Source of the DNA: the human T2T-CHM13v2.0 reference genome, Homo sapiens
Direction: 5' to 3' (one strand)
DNA: 64,000 bases
Assembly: GCF_009914755.1 (NCBI RefSeq)
Contig: NC_060931.1
The position numbers and the translations under genes were made by a program. The notes beneath the pieces were generated by a model. It did no database searches and was not told the origin of the DNA. It saw only the letters and a program-made list of their open reading frames with translations. Shown here one piece after another: positions 1-23,214 of the stretch (position 1 is its first letter; every line of letters begins with the position of its first letter).

Positions 1-193
1 CAGCAAATAATCAATCCAGACCACAATATGATCACACTCACTGTGAAGGTGAGAAAAGTTCATCTTTATTATGTTTCCCCAAGAGATGCACTGCACTGTT
101 CTCTTGAAAACACACAGCTCATGTCCTCCTTTAGAACACACATCCTCTTTAAAGTAACATACAAACATGCCAAAACAAGATAAAAAATTCCAT

Positions 194-1081
194 CTGAATT
201 CTCACATTTCAAACATACACTAAATATCAAATAAAAATTTATTTTTACAAGAATTTAGGGGAACTACCACATAGCTATAAATGTAATATATATGTTAACT
301 AAGTATCATAGATAAAAACCATGCTCCCTTCAGCAGCACGTGTAATAATAGATACAAAGATTGAAAGGTAAAAGATTTAGGATGAAAAGAATCCTCTCTT
401 AAAAAGGAAAACAAAATTATATGTATGTGTATACAACAGTTATAATACCCATCACACAGCTTTATAGAAACAGCATCTATTCAAAAATACCAGTATTTCC
501 AAAATATTTAAAATAATATTTAAAGTAATAATAATATTTAAATAAATAAATATATTTAATAAATATTTCAGTAAATAAAATAATATTTAAATAATTCTAT
601 ACCCATGTTTTTCAAAATAAACCAATAAAATAGATAGTATATATTAGACGTGTTAGTATATATATCTGAGACATGTTAAAAATCACAACTGAATTCTCAC
701 AAGTCAGTCACAAACCTAAACAGCAAATAAAAATTTCTATCACCAGAATTATGTTTTTTTCTGGTGGGGAACTACCAATAGCTATAAATAGAAGAGATTA
801 TTATGGAAGTATCATAGATAAAAAGAGTGCTCGCTTCAGGAGCACATATAATAATACAGAAAAAAAATTAAAGATAATAAAAGATTTAGGATAAAAAGAA
901 TTCTCACTTAAAAATGAAAAGAAAATTATCTTTAGGTATATATAACAACTATAACTCTCATCAAAAAACTCTACAGGAACAGCATGTTTTCAAAAGTACA
1001 ACAATTTCCAAACTATTTGAAATAAACCTATTAATAATTCAATGGCCAACATTTTCCAAACAAACCAATAAAATGCATAGT
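194..1081. repeat. Old diverged ~495-bp tandem duplication in SPDYE 3'UTR (also at 28294-29178)
   Basis: Colinear shared blocks ctgaattctcaca, ggggaactacca, aagtatcatagataaaaa, aaaagatttaggat, aaaccaataaaat in 194-640 and 689-1081. Confidence 0.8.
827..850 (+). pseudogene. 5' fragment of U6 snRNA (also 28924-28947; more diverged at 321-344 and 28421-28444)
   Basis: gtgctcgcttcaggagcacatata vs U6 GTGCTCGCTTCGGCAGCACATATA, 22/24 identical. Confidence 0.55.
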
Positions 1082-1319
1082 GTGCATGAAGCTATCTGTT
1101 ACAGTCTGTGGCACTCATATTTCACAAAGAATTCTGTGCCAATCTGAGCCCCTGCACTGTGCCTTCAAATGCTCCTGGACTGTGACAACCAAGTCCATAA
1201 GAAACAGGACCTCCAGGTTCCGCCCCAGGGAGGTTGGCATTCAGCAATATAAAAAGGGAGGTGGTGCCGCAGGAAAGGGTGGAACTGGAAACACTCCTGG
1301 TTTCTTACTTTTCTCCAAG

Positions 1320-1493
1320 GACTCCTAGAAGTACCCCACCCCACCCCTGCTCCTTGGAGGACAACGTGATCACTGTATTCAGCTCTGTCAAGAATGGTCC
1401 AGGTTCTTCTAGATGATCTGCACAAATGGTTCCTCTCCTCCTTCCTGATGTCTGCCATTAGCATTGGAATAAAGTTCCTGCTGAAAATCCACA
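1320..1493 (+). other. PMS2P: Terminal exon of the preceding (out-of-window) PMS2P unit
   Basis: Identical paralog of 29417-29590; stop at 1414-1416, AATAAA at 1468-1473. Confidence 0.55.
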
Positions 1494-2411
1494 TCTCCCC
1501 TGGGTCCGGTGTTCTGGAAGTGAGAGAGACAATGTCACACTTCAAGGAGGCAGCTCTCTAGACAGGAAGGTTATTCACGTCCCATGTCAAGTCTAGCTAG
1601 AGTTCAGAGCAATTGAGAAGTGCAATTTTATCTCCTGCCTTTCATTCTATACCCTGCTTCTGAACCATCGTGTTCAACTGTGAAACTCACACTTTGGTGA
1701 CCCTGACTCCAAAACTTAATACACCCAAGGTCAGCCCCAGTGATCTGCTTCATAGCCAGGACTTTGGGTGGGTCTTCCCAGGGAGTAGGGCACCCTCAGA
1801 GAATGTGGCTTTGGACTTCATCACAGCTGGGGCCTTTTGTGTCACTTCAGATCTAAACTTGTAACCGTGCTAGATCTGTTTCTAACGTGACAACATCACG
1901 AACCACGAGTCCAGAAGCCTAATCCATAATCCTCCCTCCTCATGACGAAGTCTCATGCTCTGTGCTCAACATGGTTAGCTGCACAAGATGTAAACCAAAG
2001 CTTCACTGAACCCTCGACCCAAATCGGTAACTCAAGTGCATCAATCATAATGAACCTCCCCGAACTCAGTATTTATGATTATTTTTGAGGCAGGGTCTCA
2101 CTCTGTCGCCCGGGCTGGAGTGCAGTGGCAGGATCAGGGCTCCCTGCAGCCCCGACCTCCCAGGCTCCAGCGATCCTCCCGCCTCAGCCTCCTGAGTAGT
2201 TGGGAGTAGAGATGCCTCCCACATCGCCTGGCTAATTTTTGTATTTTTGTGGAGAGGGGATCTCGCCACGTTGCCCAGGCTTGAAGCCAGATCAAGCAAT
2301 TGGGTTCCTTGGATTTCCGAAATAGACCCCAATATTCTGCCTTTACCCCGGAGGATGCAGATGTACCTTCTCTCAGGCCGATGACCTCAGGCCTCCACGG
2401 TCCCTGGAGCT

Positions 2412-8293
<5,882 letters not shown>

Positions 8294-9652
8294 CTCACCA
8301 AACCTAGTCTCTGTTCTGTCCTTGGTCTTCTTCTGGACACTGCTGGGATCCAGAAGAGTGTGTTATCAATTCTCGAGGCTGGGAGAAGTCAGGAGTGGAG
8401 AACAGCTCTGAGAAGTTACTGTTGTCCAACTGAACTCCCAGGTGCCGACAGAGTCCGGTCCCTCCAATCAGGAAGGTCGGAATCTCTGATGTCATCGCTC
8501 ATGCCAACCTGGCAACCAGTTTGAAAAAAAACACATGTAACTGCCAGGCTGATCTCTTGTCCTGGAGATCCTGGGTGAATGGTATCTCCTGCCACTGTCC
8601 CAACCTCAGACCACTGTCCAAAAGCATCTTCAGGGTCTCCGCATCCCTCTGTTCCCTGTCCCAGCAGAGGCTGTGTCCTCTCCACTCAAAGCTTGAAGCG
8701 TGTTGGGGTCTCCTCTTCTCTGTACATGCCCGTTTCAGAGTCCAGTCTGGTGGGAGAGGGATCAGGATGGGAAAGAAAAGTAGGGTAAGCAGAAACGATG
8801 AAACCTTACAAGAGTGAGATTATCATGTACAAGAGATCCCAGGAACATTGACTTGATGAAAAAGTCACATCAGAGCACTCAATTTGGCAGAGGTTTTCTG
8901 CCGAGTGTCTACTGACATTCACTGTCCGAGATTCTGTACTGGGGGTACACGCGTCCTCTGCCCTAAGGCATCTTTGAGTCCAAGAGATATTTTGAGGACT
9001 GGAAATCATAGGAAACTGCCCATGAGTTCACACATATTTCCAATGGTGTCCCCAATTTCAGGGAGTCCACGGATCACCTAAAGCCAGCCCCTCCAGTTTG
9101 GCTAAGAAACTCTATATATCAAGTTTTGTATCATATGTATTGCTCTTAACTCAGAAAATTCCACCATTTATAGCAGTGGTTTATTTATTTATACCATTGA
9201 AGGAAATGGTTTATTTATGAATCTATATTATGGATATTCTATAAGATACTGGGTGTACAAAAAGACTAAGTCGAAAAATCTCAGCTGTGCACAGTGGCTC
9301 ATGCTTGTAATCCCATCTCTTTGGGTGGCCAAGGGAGGAAGACTGCCTGAGGCCAGCAGTTCAAGACCAGTATAGGCAACATAGCAAGAGCCCATCTCTA
9401 AAACAAAACAAAACAAAACAAAACAAAATTAGCCAGGTGTCGTGGCTGGCACCTGTGTTCCAACAACTTGAGAGACTGAGGTGGCAGGAGGATTGCTTGA
9501 GCCTAGGAGTTAGGGGCTGCAGTGAGCTGTGATCGTGACACCGCACTCCAGTCTGGGCAACACAGCAAGACCTTGTGTCAAAAAAATTTTTTTAATTAAA
9601 TATAAAAGAGTTTCATGACATTCAGAGACCATCCAAAGAACCTGTGGGTTCC

Positions 9653-9963
9653 GGCCAGGCACAGTGGCTCACGCCTGTAATCCCAGCGCTTTGGGAGGCC
9701 ATAGCAGGTGGATCGCTTGAGGTCAGGAGTTTAAGAGCAGCCTGGCCAACATGGTGAAACCCCATCTCTTCTAAAAATACAAAAAATTAGTCAGGCATGG
9801 TGGTGGGTGCCTGTAATCCCAGCCACTCAGGAGGCGGGGACAGCAGAATGGCTTAAACTTGGGAGGCGGAGGTTGCAGTGAGCCAAGGTCACACCATTGC
9901 ACTCCAGCCTGGGCAACAAGAGCAAAACTACATCTCAAAAAAAAAAAACAAAAAAAACAAAAA
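9653..9963 (+). mobile_element. Full-length AluS with intact target-site duplication
   Basis: TSD aaagaacctgtgg(atga)gttcc at 9635-9652 and 9961-9982. Confidence 0.9.
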
Positions 9964-10479
9964 GAACCTGTGGATGAGTTCCCACATGGCTTCCTAACGG
10001 GCTGCGGCTCTCCTAGGAGTCTCTCGATCATGGGAAAGGCACAAACTGAATGCGGAAGGAAATCCCATTGCTGTGGAAGTCCCATTGTTAGGAAGCTCTG
10101 CTTTTCTGGAGTTCAAATTTGCATTCATGACGCTTTAAACCGTCAGAGCTGGGTGTGTCCTCCTACAACAAATCACTTTACTCTCTCTCCTGGTTAACAG
10201 GCTTTCAAATATTAGAACATCCATGTTCTGACCTCATTAAAATTGCTCTTTTGTGGAATGAAAAGCTCTGATTTAACCCGTCTTTAAGCCTGGTGTGCAT
10301 ATTCCTCTCTGTTCCGGCCACCTTGTCTAGACACACTACACTGAGGCAGTGCCCATCTTAGATGATGTTGATACATTGTCAAAAAATGGGCAAACCAGGT
10401 GCGGCGGCTCACACTTGTAATCCCAGCACTTTTGGAAGCTGATGCCGACAGATAACCAGAGGTGAGGAGGTTGAGATCA

Positions 10480-10731
<252 letters not shown>

Positions 10732-11677
10732 TCAGAAAAAAGCAAAACAGTCACCTCTCACCTTTTCTTTTCCTGCAATGATGCCGTTTAATACAACAAT
10801 GGCTGTAGGTCTGCGGCAGAAATATCATTCAAGTGAAACAGAAGGGCTTTCCTGGCTGGACACAGTGGTCACTCCTGCAATCCCAACACTTTGGTTGGCT
10901 AAGGTGGGAGGATTTCTTGCGGCCAGGAGTTCGAGGCTGCAGTGAGCTGTGATCCACCACTGCATTCCAGGCTGGGCATCAGAGTGAGGCCTGTCTCTAA
11001 AAAAACCCTTCACTCCCCAAAAAAAGGGATTTTCAAATACCAGCCTTTCAGCATGAGGATCACATGGAGGAACATTAAGACACAGATGCTGGGACCCAGC
11101 CCTATTGATTGTAATTAAAAAACTGAGGTGAGGCCTGATTTAGCTCCATCATTGGAATCCATTCAGATTTGAAATTCTCTGAGTTGGACAGTGCAAGAGA
11201 GATCCTAAAGAAAGCAAAGTCACTGTGGACTGAAATGAGCTGGCAAGGTTTTCTGAGCGTGGTGAAATATGATCTGGGCCTCGCTTGGGAGGGCTGTGGC
11301 CAGGCCTTGAGTCCGTGGCTCAGTGGGACCTTCTGAAACAGCCTCCAATCCGTGCCCCCACTTCATTTGCTAGTGGATGACCCCCTCCAGCGGCTTTGGT
11401 GCTGATGGGAATAAGTCAACCTGCAGCGGAAGTTCAGCCCAAGTTTCAGCCCAGCAGCTTCTACACACCTGTCCGTGGTCTGGTCATGCTGCCATCTCTG
11501 CGATTCTCTGCGGTTCTCTGCGGAGTCGTGGTTTCTGTACCTTGAAGAGAACTTCCCCTCTGGGACCCAGAAACCCAGTGAATCCTCAGGAAAAAAGGGA
11601 ATGAAATTACTGAAGACAACTCTGTGGCGGGGAGATGGAAAAGAGGCTCTCTCTCTTTTTTTTTCCTAATATTTTGA

Positions 11678-11961
<284 letters not shown>

Positions 11962-11972
11962 TAGAGACAAGG

Positions 11973-12062
11973 TCTCTGTTGCCTTGGCTGGGGTGCAGTG
12001 GTACAATCAGCTCTCTGTTGCCTCGGCTGGGGTGCAGTGGTACAATCAGCTCTCTGTTGCCT
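11973..12062 (+). repeat. 39-bp tandem duplication inside an Alu arm
   Basis: tctctgttgcc(t/c)tggctggggtgcagtggtacaatcagc repeated about 2.3 times. Confidence 0.85.
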
Positions 12063-12342
12063 CCTGGGCTCAAGCAATCCTCTTCTCTCAGCCTCCCAAG
12101 TAGCTGAGACTACAGGTGCATGCCTGTAGTAGATATAGCATCTTGCTCTGTTGCCCAGACTGGTCTTGAACTCTTGGTCACAAGCGATCCTCTTGCCTTG
12201 GCCTCTCAAAGTGCTGGAATTACACGCGTGAGCCATTGAGCCCAACCAGATAAGATGATCTTTAAGGGCCCTTCCCATGGCACCATAATCCAAGTCAGCG
12301 AGACTGTGGCTATAGCAAGTTTAACATAACCAGATACGCTAG

Positions 12343-12474
12343 TATTATGGGCTGCATGGTGTGCCCCCCACCCCTAATTCATGTATTGAAGCCATGACCC
12401 TCCAGACCTTAGAGGTGACCTTATTGGAACCAGAGTCTTTACAGAGGTGATCAAGTTAAAATGAGGTCACTAGA
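12343..12474 (+). mobile_element. MLT1 LTR 5' fragment
   Basis: tattatgggctgcatggtgtgcccccc...aattcatgtattgaag...gtctttacagaggtgatcaagttaaaatgaggtca. Confidence 0.6.
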
Positions 12475-12896
12475 GGCCAGGCACTGTGGCTCACACCTGT
12501 AATCCCAGCACTTCGGGAGGCCGAGGCAGGCAGATAATGAGCCCAAGAGACCGAGACCATGATGTCCAACATGGTGAAACCCTGTCTCTACTAAAAATAC
12601 AAAAATTAGCCAGGCGTGGTGGTGTGGGCCTGTAGTCCCAGCTACTCAGGAGGCTGAGGCAAGAGAATCGCTTGAACCCGGAAGGCAGAGATTGCAGTCA
12701 GCCAAGATCATGCCACTACACTCCAGCCTGGGTGACAGAGTGAGACTCTATCTCAAAAAAATAAAAATTAAAAAACTAAAAACCTACAGTACCGCCTTTT
12801 ACATAATGCAATGGTTTGGTAAGCACATGCAACCCAGGGAGGTAGTGGCAGATTCAGTCAACCTTCCCAGCAGCGTGGAGACGCAGTCAGGCATAG

Positions 12897-13443
<547 letters not shown>

Positions 13444-13989
13444 TAAGAATTAAAATGCACATAATAATAGACTTTACCTCACAAACTGGCTTCAAATATT
13501 CGATGAGACTTACATGTATTACTTAAATGAGGTTAAATTTAACCTTTTAAAAATGATTTATTGTGGCTGGGCACAGTGGCTCACACCTGTAATCCCAGCA
13601 CTTTGGGAGGCCAAGGCAGACGGATCACTTGAGGCCAGGAGTTGAAGACCAGCCTGACCAACACGGCAAAACCCCATCTCCGCTAAAAATACAAAAATTA
13701 GCCAGGCATGGTGGTGCACACCTGTAATCCTAGCTACTCAGGAGGCTGAGACACAAGAATCGCTTGAACCCGGGAGGCAGAGGTTGCAAGGAGGTGAGAT
13801 CACACCACTGCACTCCAGCCTGGGCAATAGAGTGAGGCTCTGCCTTAAAACAAAGAAAAATGATTTTGGGGGATGATGGGGTGTCACTGTGTTGACCAGG
13901 CTTGTCTCAAACTCCTTGCCTCAAGCAATCCACCCACCTCAGCCTCCCAAGTAGCTGGAACTACAGGCGCATGCCACCACGCCTGGCTA

Positions 13990-13990
<1 letters not shown>

Positions 13991-14032
<42 letters not shown>
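13991..14032 (+). repeat. (TG)n microsatellite within an Alu linker
   Basis: Seen directly. Confidence 0.95.
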
Positions 14033-14036
<4 letters not shown>

Positions 14037-14460
14037 AACAAGGTCTTACTGTGTTGTTTAAGCTGCTCTCAAACTCCTGGGCTCAAGTGATCCTCCCACC
14101 TCGGCCTCCCAAAGCATTGGAATTACAGGTGTGAGCCACCTCACTGAGCCCTCCACCTTTCAGCTGAACGCAGAAAAGTACAATCTTTTAACCCAAAGCG
14201 TTCCTCACACTTAGGGTCAGGAAGAGCCCTTCATGCCCTGGAGGCAACTACTAACCCTCTGCTAAACACTCTGACTCTGGGTGTGAGAAACACACCTACT
14301 GTGCCCCACATATTTTTCCAAATACAACTTAATTTAGCCTTCACGACAACCCTGGAGTGAAGGATCATTAACTTTATTTCATAGATGTGGAAACTGAGAC
14401 TCAGAGGCAGGAAATGACCTCCTTCTGGAGGCTGCAAATTCTTTGATGCTCCTTTGATCA

Positions 14461-14814
<354 letters not shown>

Positions 14815-14865
14815 CTAGAACTTTGGGAGGCCAAGGTGGGAGGATTGCTTGAGGCCAGGACTTCA

Positions 14866-15214
<349 letters not shown>

Positions 15215-15221
15215 TTAATTA

Positions 15222-15389
<168 letters not shown>

Positions 15390-16086
15390 CTATGACCCCC
15401 CCTTTAATTTTGGCCCAACCTTAGTAACAGGATAGTCATTGAGTAGGGCAAAAGTGATGTTATGATGTTTTTCAGCCTCCAATTTACAGTCTAAAACATG
15501 TCTTGGGTAAACACAGCAAGACTCCATCTCAAAAAAAAAAAAGAAAAAAAATCAGAAGTGAACCTGTAGCCTGTAGTGTGTTGCCAAATAAACTTATTTT
15601 TAGAGATACTTCTTTCCATTTTCTGTGAGGTCATCTGCAGTTTCACATGGTAGACAGACTTAGGTGAGATTCTTAGCAACATAGAATGAAGAGTAAAGAG
15701 GTTTGTTTATTTCACAAGGGTTTATTGAAGGCCTACGATGTGTTAAATGCTGTAGGAAATACCCACTGATTTCTCTTTTCATGGAGGTTTCCCGCCTTCT
15801 CTTAACGAGTGATCAATTAAACTGTTTACTGGGAACTTGCTAAGTTAATGAACACACGGGATACATTCTTTGGATGAGCAGACATTGGTTGGGCAGAGGG
15901 GCAAGAGGAGAGCAGTTTAGACAGAGACCTGCTTATACACTGTAGTGTCTAAGAGAGCTTGTGATGTTCAGGAAACAGTTGTTCACTGTGCTGCAATATA
16001 GGGGACGGCCAGTTGCGGTGGCTCACACCTGTAATCCTAGTGCTTTGGAAGGCCAAGGCGGGCAGATCACCTGAGGTCAGGAGTTA

Positions 16087-16407
<321 letters not shown>

Positions 16408-16693
16408 CTAGATTTTAAGTTTCATATAGTAGGAAGTGGGGCACTAGTAATTTTTCAAGCAGAAAAATTATTTGACCAGATTCGTGATTTCAAAAATAGC
16501 TCTGGTGATAGAGTGGAGGATGGGTTGGAGCAGGGAATAAGGGGAAATGAAACCGTTATAAAACTCTTAAAGTGGGCTGGGCATGGTGGCTCACGCCTGT
16601 AATCCCAGCACTTTGGGAGGCTGAGGCGGGCGGATCACGAAGTCAGGAGATCGAGACCATCCTGGCTAAAACGGTGGAACCCTGTCTCTACTA

Positions 16694-16861
<168 letters not shown>

Positions 16862-17076
16862 TCAAAAAAAAAAAAAAAAAAAAAAAAAAACCTCTTAAAA
16901 CAAGTACAGCAAGAACTTTGAGGGTCTTTGCTAAGACAGCAGCTGGCAGCTTCAATTTGGAGTAGGGTATCAAAGGCAACTGTGTATAAGGAATAGTTAT
17001 ATAACTGGTATCCAATTTCTGAGATGATTTTGACTTAAACATTGTGTATTTCCCAGCATACTGTTGGTTTTTCTAA

Positions 17077-17319
<243 letters not shown>

Positions 17320-17675
17320 TGATCCACCTGCCTCTGTGTCCCAAATTGCTGGGATTACAGGCATGAGCCACCGCACCGGCCATGCTTTCAGTTTTCAAGA
17401 AAGAAGACACCATTATTGCCAAAGATTTTGGTAATTTGAGAGATACAATGTATGTTTTCTCCATGTGGATACTAGATAGTAAGGATGTGTTGAATTTGAA
17501 GTGTCTATCCAGAAGTATTTTGGGTACTTGTTTAAGGATTGTAAAACAATGTTTCCATTTCTGGATATAATAAATGTATTTGTTAATATAATAAATGAAT
17601 AGATTAGACCCATAAACTATTTGCAGTGTTGAGTCATTTCCCACAGTTAAAATCAGGATGAAAATATATAGCTGA

Positions 17676-17882
<207 letters not shown>

Positions 17883-18194
17883 TGATCAGTGAATGTTGTT
17901 GTAGTCAAGAAACATTTGTTATTGAAATAAGACTATCAAGTGTTGATGTAGTAATAAACTATTATTTTTAAGTTAAAGTTAGCACCTATTATGTGCCTAG
18001 TACTTAGCTAGGTAGTAATAATAATAACGACAGCTTTTCTTGTGTTCTTATGGTGTGCCAGGCAGGTGTTATGCTAAGAATTGCACAGAAATATCTCATT
18101 TAATTTGCAGAATAGCTGGGCGTGGTGTCTGACGCCTGTAATCCTAGCCCTTTGAGAGGCTGAGGTGGGGGGATTGCTTGAAGCCAAGAGTTCA

Positions 18195-18524
<330 letters not shown>

Positions 18525-19081
18525 TCAAAAAAATAAAATAAAATAAAATAAAATAAATCCTGGAGTAGTGGCTCACATCTGTAATCCCAGCACTTTGGGA
18601 GGCTGAGGGGGGCTGATGCTTTGAGGTCAGGAGTTCAAGACCAGCCTAACCAACGTGGTAAAACCCTGTCTCTACTAAAAATACAAAAATTAGCCAGATG
18701 TGATGGTGCATGGCTGTAATCTCAGCTCCTCAGAAGGCTGAGGGAGGAGAATTGCTTAAACCTGGGAGGTGGAGGTTGCAGTGAGCCAAGATCGATTGTG
18801 CCACTGCATTCCAGCCTGGGTGACAAGAGCAAAAGTCCATCTCAAAAAATTAAAAAAAAAAAAAAAAAAGGAAAGAAAAAAAAGAAAATGACAAAATTAA
18901 AAAAAAATTATTAATCTGCCAAATAACTTTATGAGATAGAACTTATTACCTCCATTTTACAGTTGAGGAAATTAAGGGACAGTAAATTTCCTTTTTTTGA
19001 GATTATAAAGCTAATAAAATAGAATCTAGGAAGTCTGATTCCAGAACCAGTTCTGTTTTTTTTTCTTTTTTCTTTTTTTGA

Positions 19082-19443
<362 letters not shown>

Positions 19444-19740
19444 TGATCACAACCAGTTACAGATTTTTTTGTTCCTTCTCCACTCCAACTGCTTCACTTG
19501 ACTAGTGTAAGGAAAAAAAAAAAAAAAAGAGGAAAGAAAGAAAATGCTAAACTATTTAATCTGGGCTAGTAAATGGCCAGAAAGAACTTTATAAAAATGA
19601 AATATACAAAATGACACTAGTATGTTTAACTAAAGGTATAGTTACGACACTTAAATTTGCACGTTATAAATAATATCAATATAAAAACTGATAGCGTGGG
19701 TCCATTTTTAATAAATATATAAATATTTTAAACTTTCTAG

Positions 19741-19827
19741 ATCTAAAGCTTAAGGACTATGGAATGGATCTCATTGAAGTTTCAGGCAATGGATGTGGGG
19801 TAGAAGAAGAAAACTTCGAAGGCTTAA
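19741..19827 (+). pseudogene. PMS2P: PMS2P exon homologous to PMS2 exon 3
   Basis: ttctag|ATCTAAAG...GGCTTAA|gtaagt; [29 protein letters not shown]. Confidence 0.92.
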
Positions 19828-19969
19828 GTAAGTTAACTTTCTAATCCTATTACAAAATAATTGGGCCACATGTCTTAGAATTTTGAGTAACACTGTCTTG
19901 GGAAACACAAAAACAGTTTTTTAAAGCCAGTTACTAGATATCATGTATATTTGTTGTTATAGCACTTGA

Positions 19970-20107
<138 letters not shown>

Positions 20108-20477
20108 TGAGAAAATATTTTTATCCATTCACTTGACCCCTTAGAAAAACCTCTCTGAAAATTAATTGGAATCATTATTATTTACAATTTTCTATCTCAA
20201 TATCTCAGCTTCTAGCTTCTGAATTCTGTTTTGTCTCACTGCCAATCTAAGTCCTAGTACTTCTGAAATGTGAGCAATAAATGAATGAAATGAAGCAAAT
20301 AGTATTGTTTAAAAAATTGGTTACCCTTATTAAAACAGTAACTTCTCAATTTGAACATAACATATAGATAATAAATGATAGTTACCATTGGTTTTCATTA
20401 TCAATTTTTAGGGAAACATTTCACCAAAGCACTATTTAATTACAGCACAGATACTAAATTTTTATAAATAATTACAT

Positions 20478-20755
20478 GCACACACACATATATATACATA
20501 TATATACATATATATACATATATATACATGTATATACATATATATACATATATACATATATATACATATATACATATATACATATATATACATATATACA
20601 TATATACATATATATATACATATATACATATATACATATATATATACATATATACATATATACATATATATACATATATATACATATATATACATATATA
20701 TATACATATATATATACATATATATATACATATATATATACGTATATATATATAC

Positions 20756-20790
<35 letters not shown>
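20478..20790 (+). repeat. Compound (TA)n/(TATACA)n microsatellite in PMS2P intron 4
   Basis: ~310 bp of catatatata variants abutting an Alu poly(T). Confidence 0.95.
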
Positions 20791-20806
<16 letters not shown>

Positions 20807-21448
20807 AGACAGAGTCGCACTCTGTCACCCAGGCTGGAGTGCAGTGGCACAGTCTCAGCTCACTGCAGTCTCTGCCTCCCAGGTTCAAGTGACTTTCGTG
20901 ACTCAGCCTCCTGAAGAGCTGGGACTATAGCGTGCACCACCACTCCTGGCTAATTTTTGTATTTTTAGTAGAGATGGGGTTTTGCCATGTTGCCCAGGCT
21001 GGTCTGGAACTCCAGGCCTCAAGTGATCTGCCCTCCTTGGCCTCCCAAAGTGCTGGAATTACAGGCACGAGCCACCGCACCCTGCCCTACATATACATTT
21101 TAATTATAATATCTTTTGGATTCTTTAAAAAAAATTTTAAAAATTTTAAAAAATTCTTTAAAAAAATTCTTTTAAAAAATTTTGTTTGAAGAGTAATAAC
21201 AAAACAAATCTCTATTTGAGAATCAATAAATCTTGAGATCATTTATGGTTTTGCAATTCAACCTGAAAAATGAAGTCAAAGCTTTTATCAAAACAAAGCA
21301 TGTTTAGTGCTCTCTGTCTCACTGTCTTTTAGATGCCAGACCTTAGATTTTGTGATGACTCCTCAACCGTTTAGATCTCGGTTATCTCAGAGGGATCATC
21401 AGCTTTTTAAGAAAATTTTGAGAGAAAAGCAAGTGAAGAAAAGAGTAG

Positions 21449-21697
<249 letters not shown>

Positions 21698-21867
21698 TAA
21701 ATTAATCCTGGTTTTCAAGAGTATTGGTTAATGCACGTGAGCAAAAGATTTACTAAAGATGTTTATTCTTCAGTTGATTCTCTTCCCATAATTTATTGAG
21801 AAATGCTTTATTTGCATTTCTCATTAAAGACTTAACTTCAGGATGATTTACTTTTTTCTTTTTATCA

Positions 21868-22244
<377 letters not shown>

Positions 22245-22773
22245 TGAGTAGCTACCATTACAGGCGCGCGCCACCACGCCCGGCTAATTTTTGTATTTTC
22301 AGTGGAGACGGGGTTCCACCATGTTGTCCAGGCTGGCCAGGCTGGTCTTGAATTCCTGCCCTCAGGTGATCCGCCCACCTCGGCCTCTCAAAGTGCTGGG
22401 ATTACAGGCGTGAGCCACCATGCCTGACCTTATGTACTTATATTTTTATGAGAATATTTCTCTTGGTTTTCTGATAAATGAGTTACTGGAACCCTTATGA
22501 ATTTGAATGCAAATGAAACAGCTAAATGTTATATAATTGTTGTGTTTAAAAAGCAGATTATAAAACTGTCTGTATTATATGATTACAGTTTTATAAAAAC
22601 AAAACAGGCCTAAATGTGTATAGTATAAAGACTGAAGAGTCAGCACTTCCATGTTCTCAGCGGTTATCCTTGGATGTGAGATCTCATGCACTTTTTGCTC
22701 TCTTCTTTGTGCCTTTCCATTTTGCATGCGTATTTCTTATAATCTAAAAAGTTACTTAAACATATGCAGCTAA

Positions 22774-23214
<441 letters not shown>

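Larger units (their letters stand above)
65..1513 (-). other. SPDYE: SPDYE copy 1 terminal exon / AT-rich 3'UTR (first 105 nt can code an alternative C-terminus)
   Basis: Acceptor GTCTCTCTCACTTCCAG| at 1514/1513. Minus-strand AATAAA at 238-243 and 65-70. The 3' end is approximate. Confidence 0.6.

Noticed and set aside
11490-11620. 3x tctctgcg repeat and a minus-strand AAG|GTACAG donor at 11541 as a possible upstream SPDYE exon
   Set aside because: No promoter or transcript evidence is visible; the motifs alone are insufficient.
20440-20914. Y/I/H/T-rich ORFs on both strands
   Set aside because: Translations of the TA/CA microsatellite.
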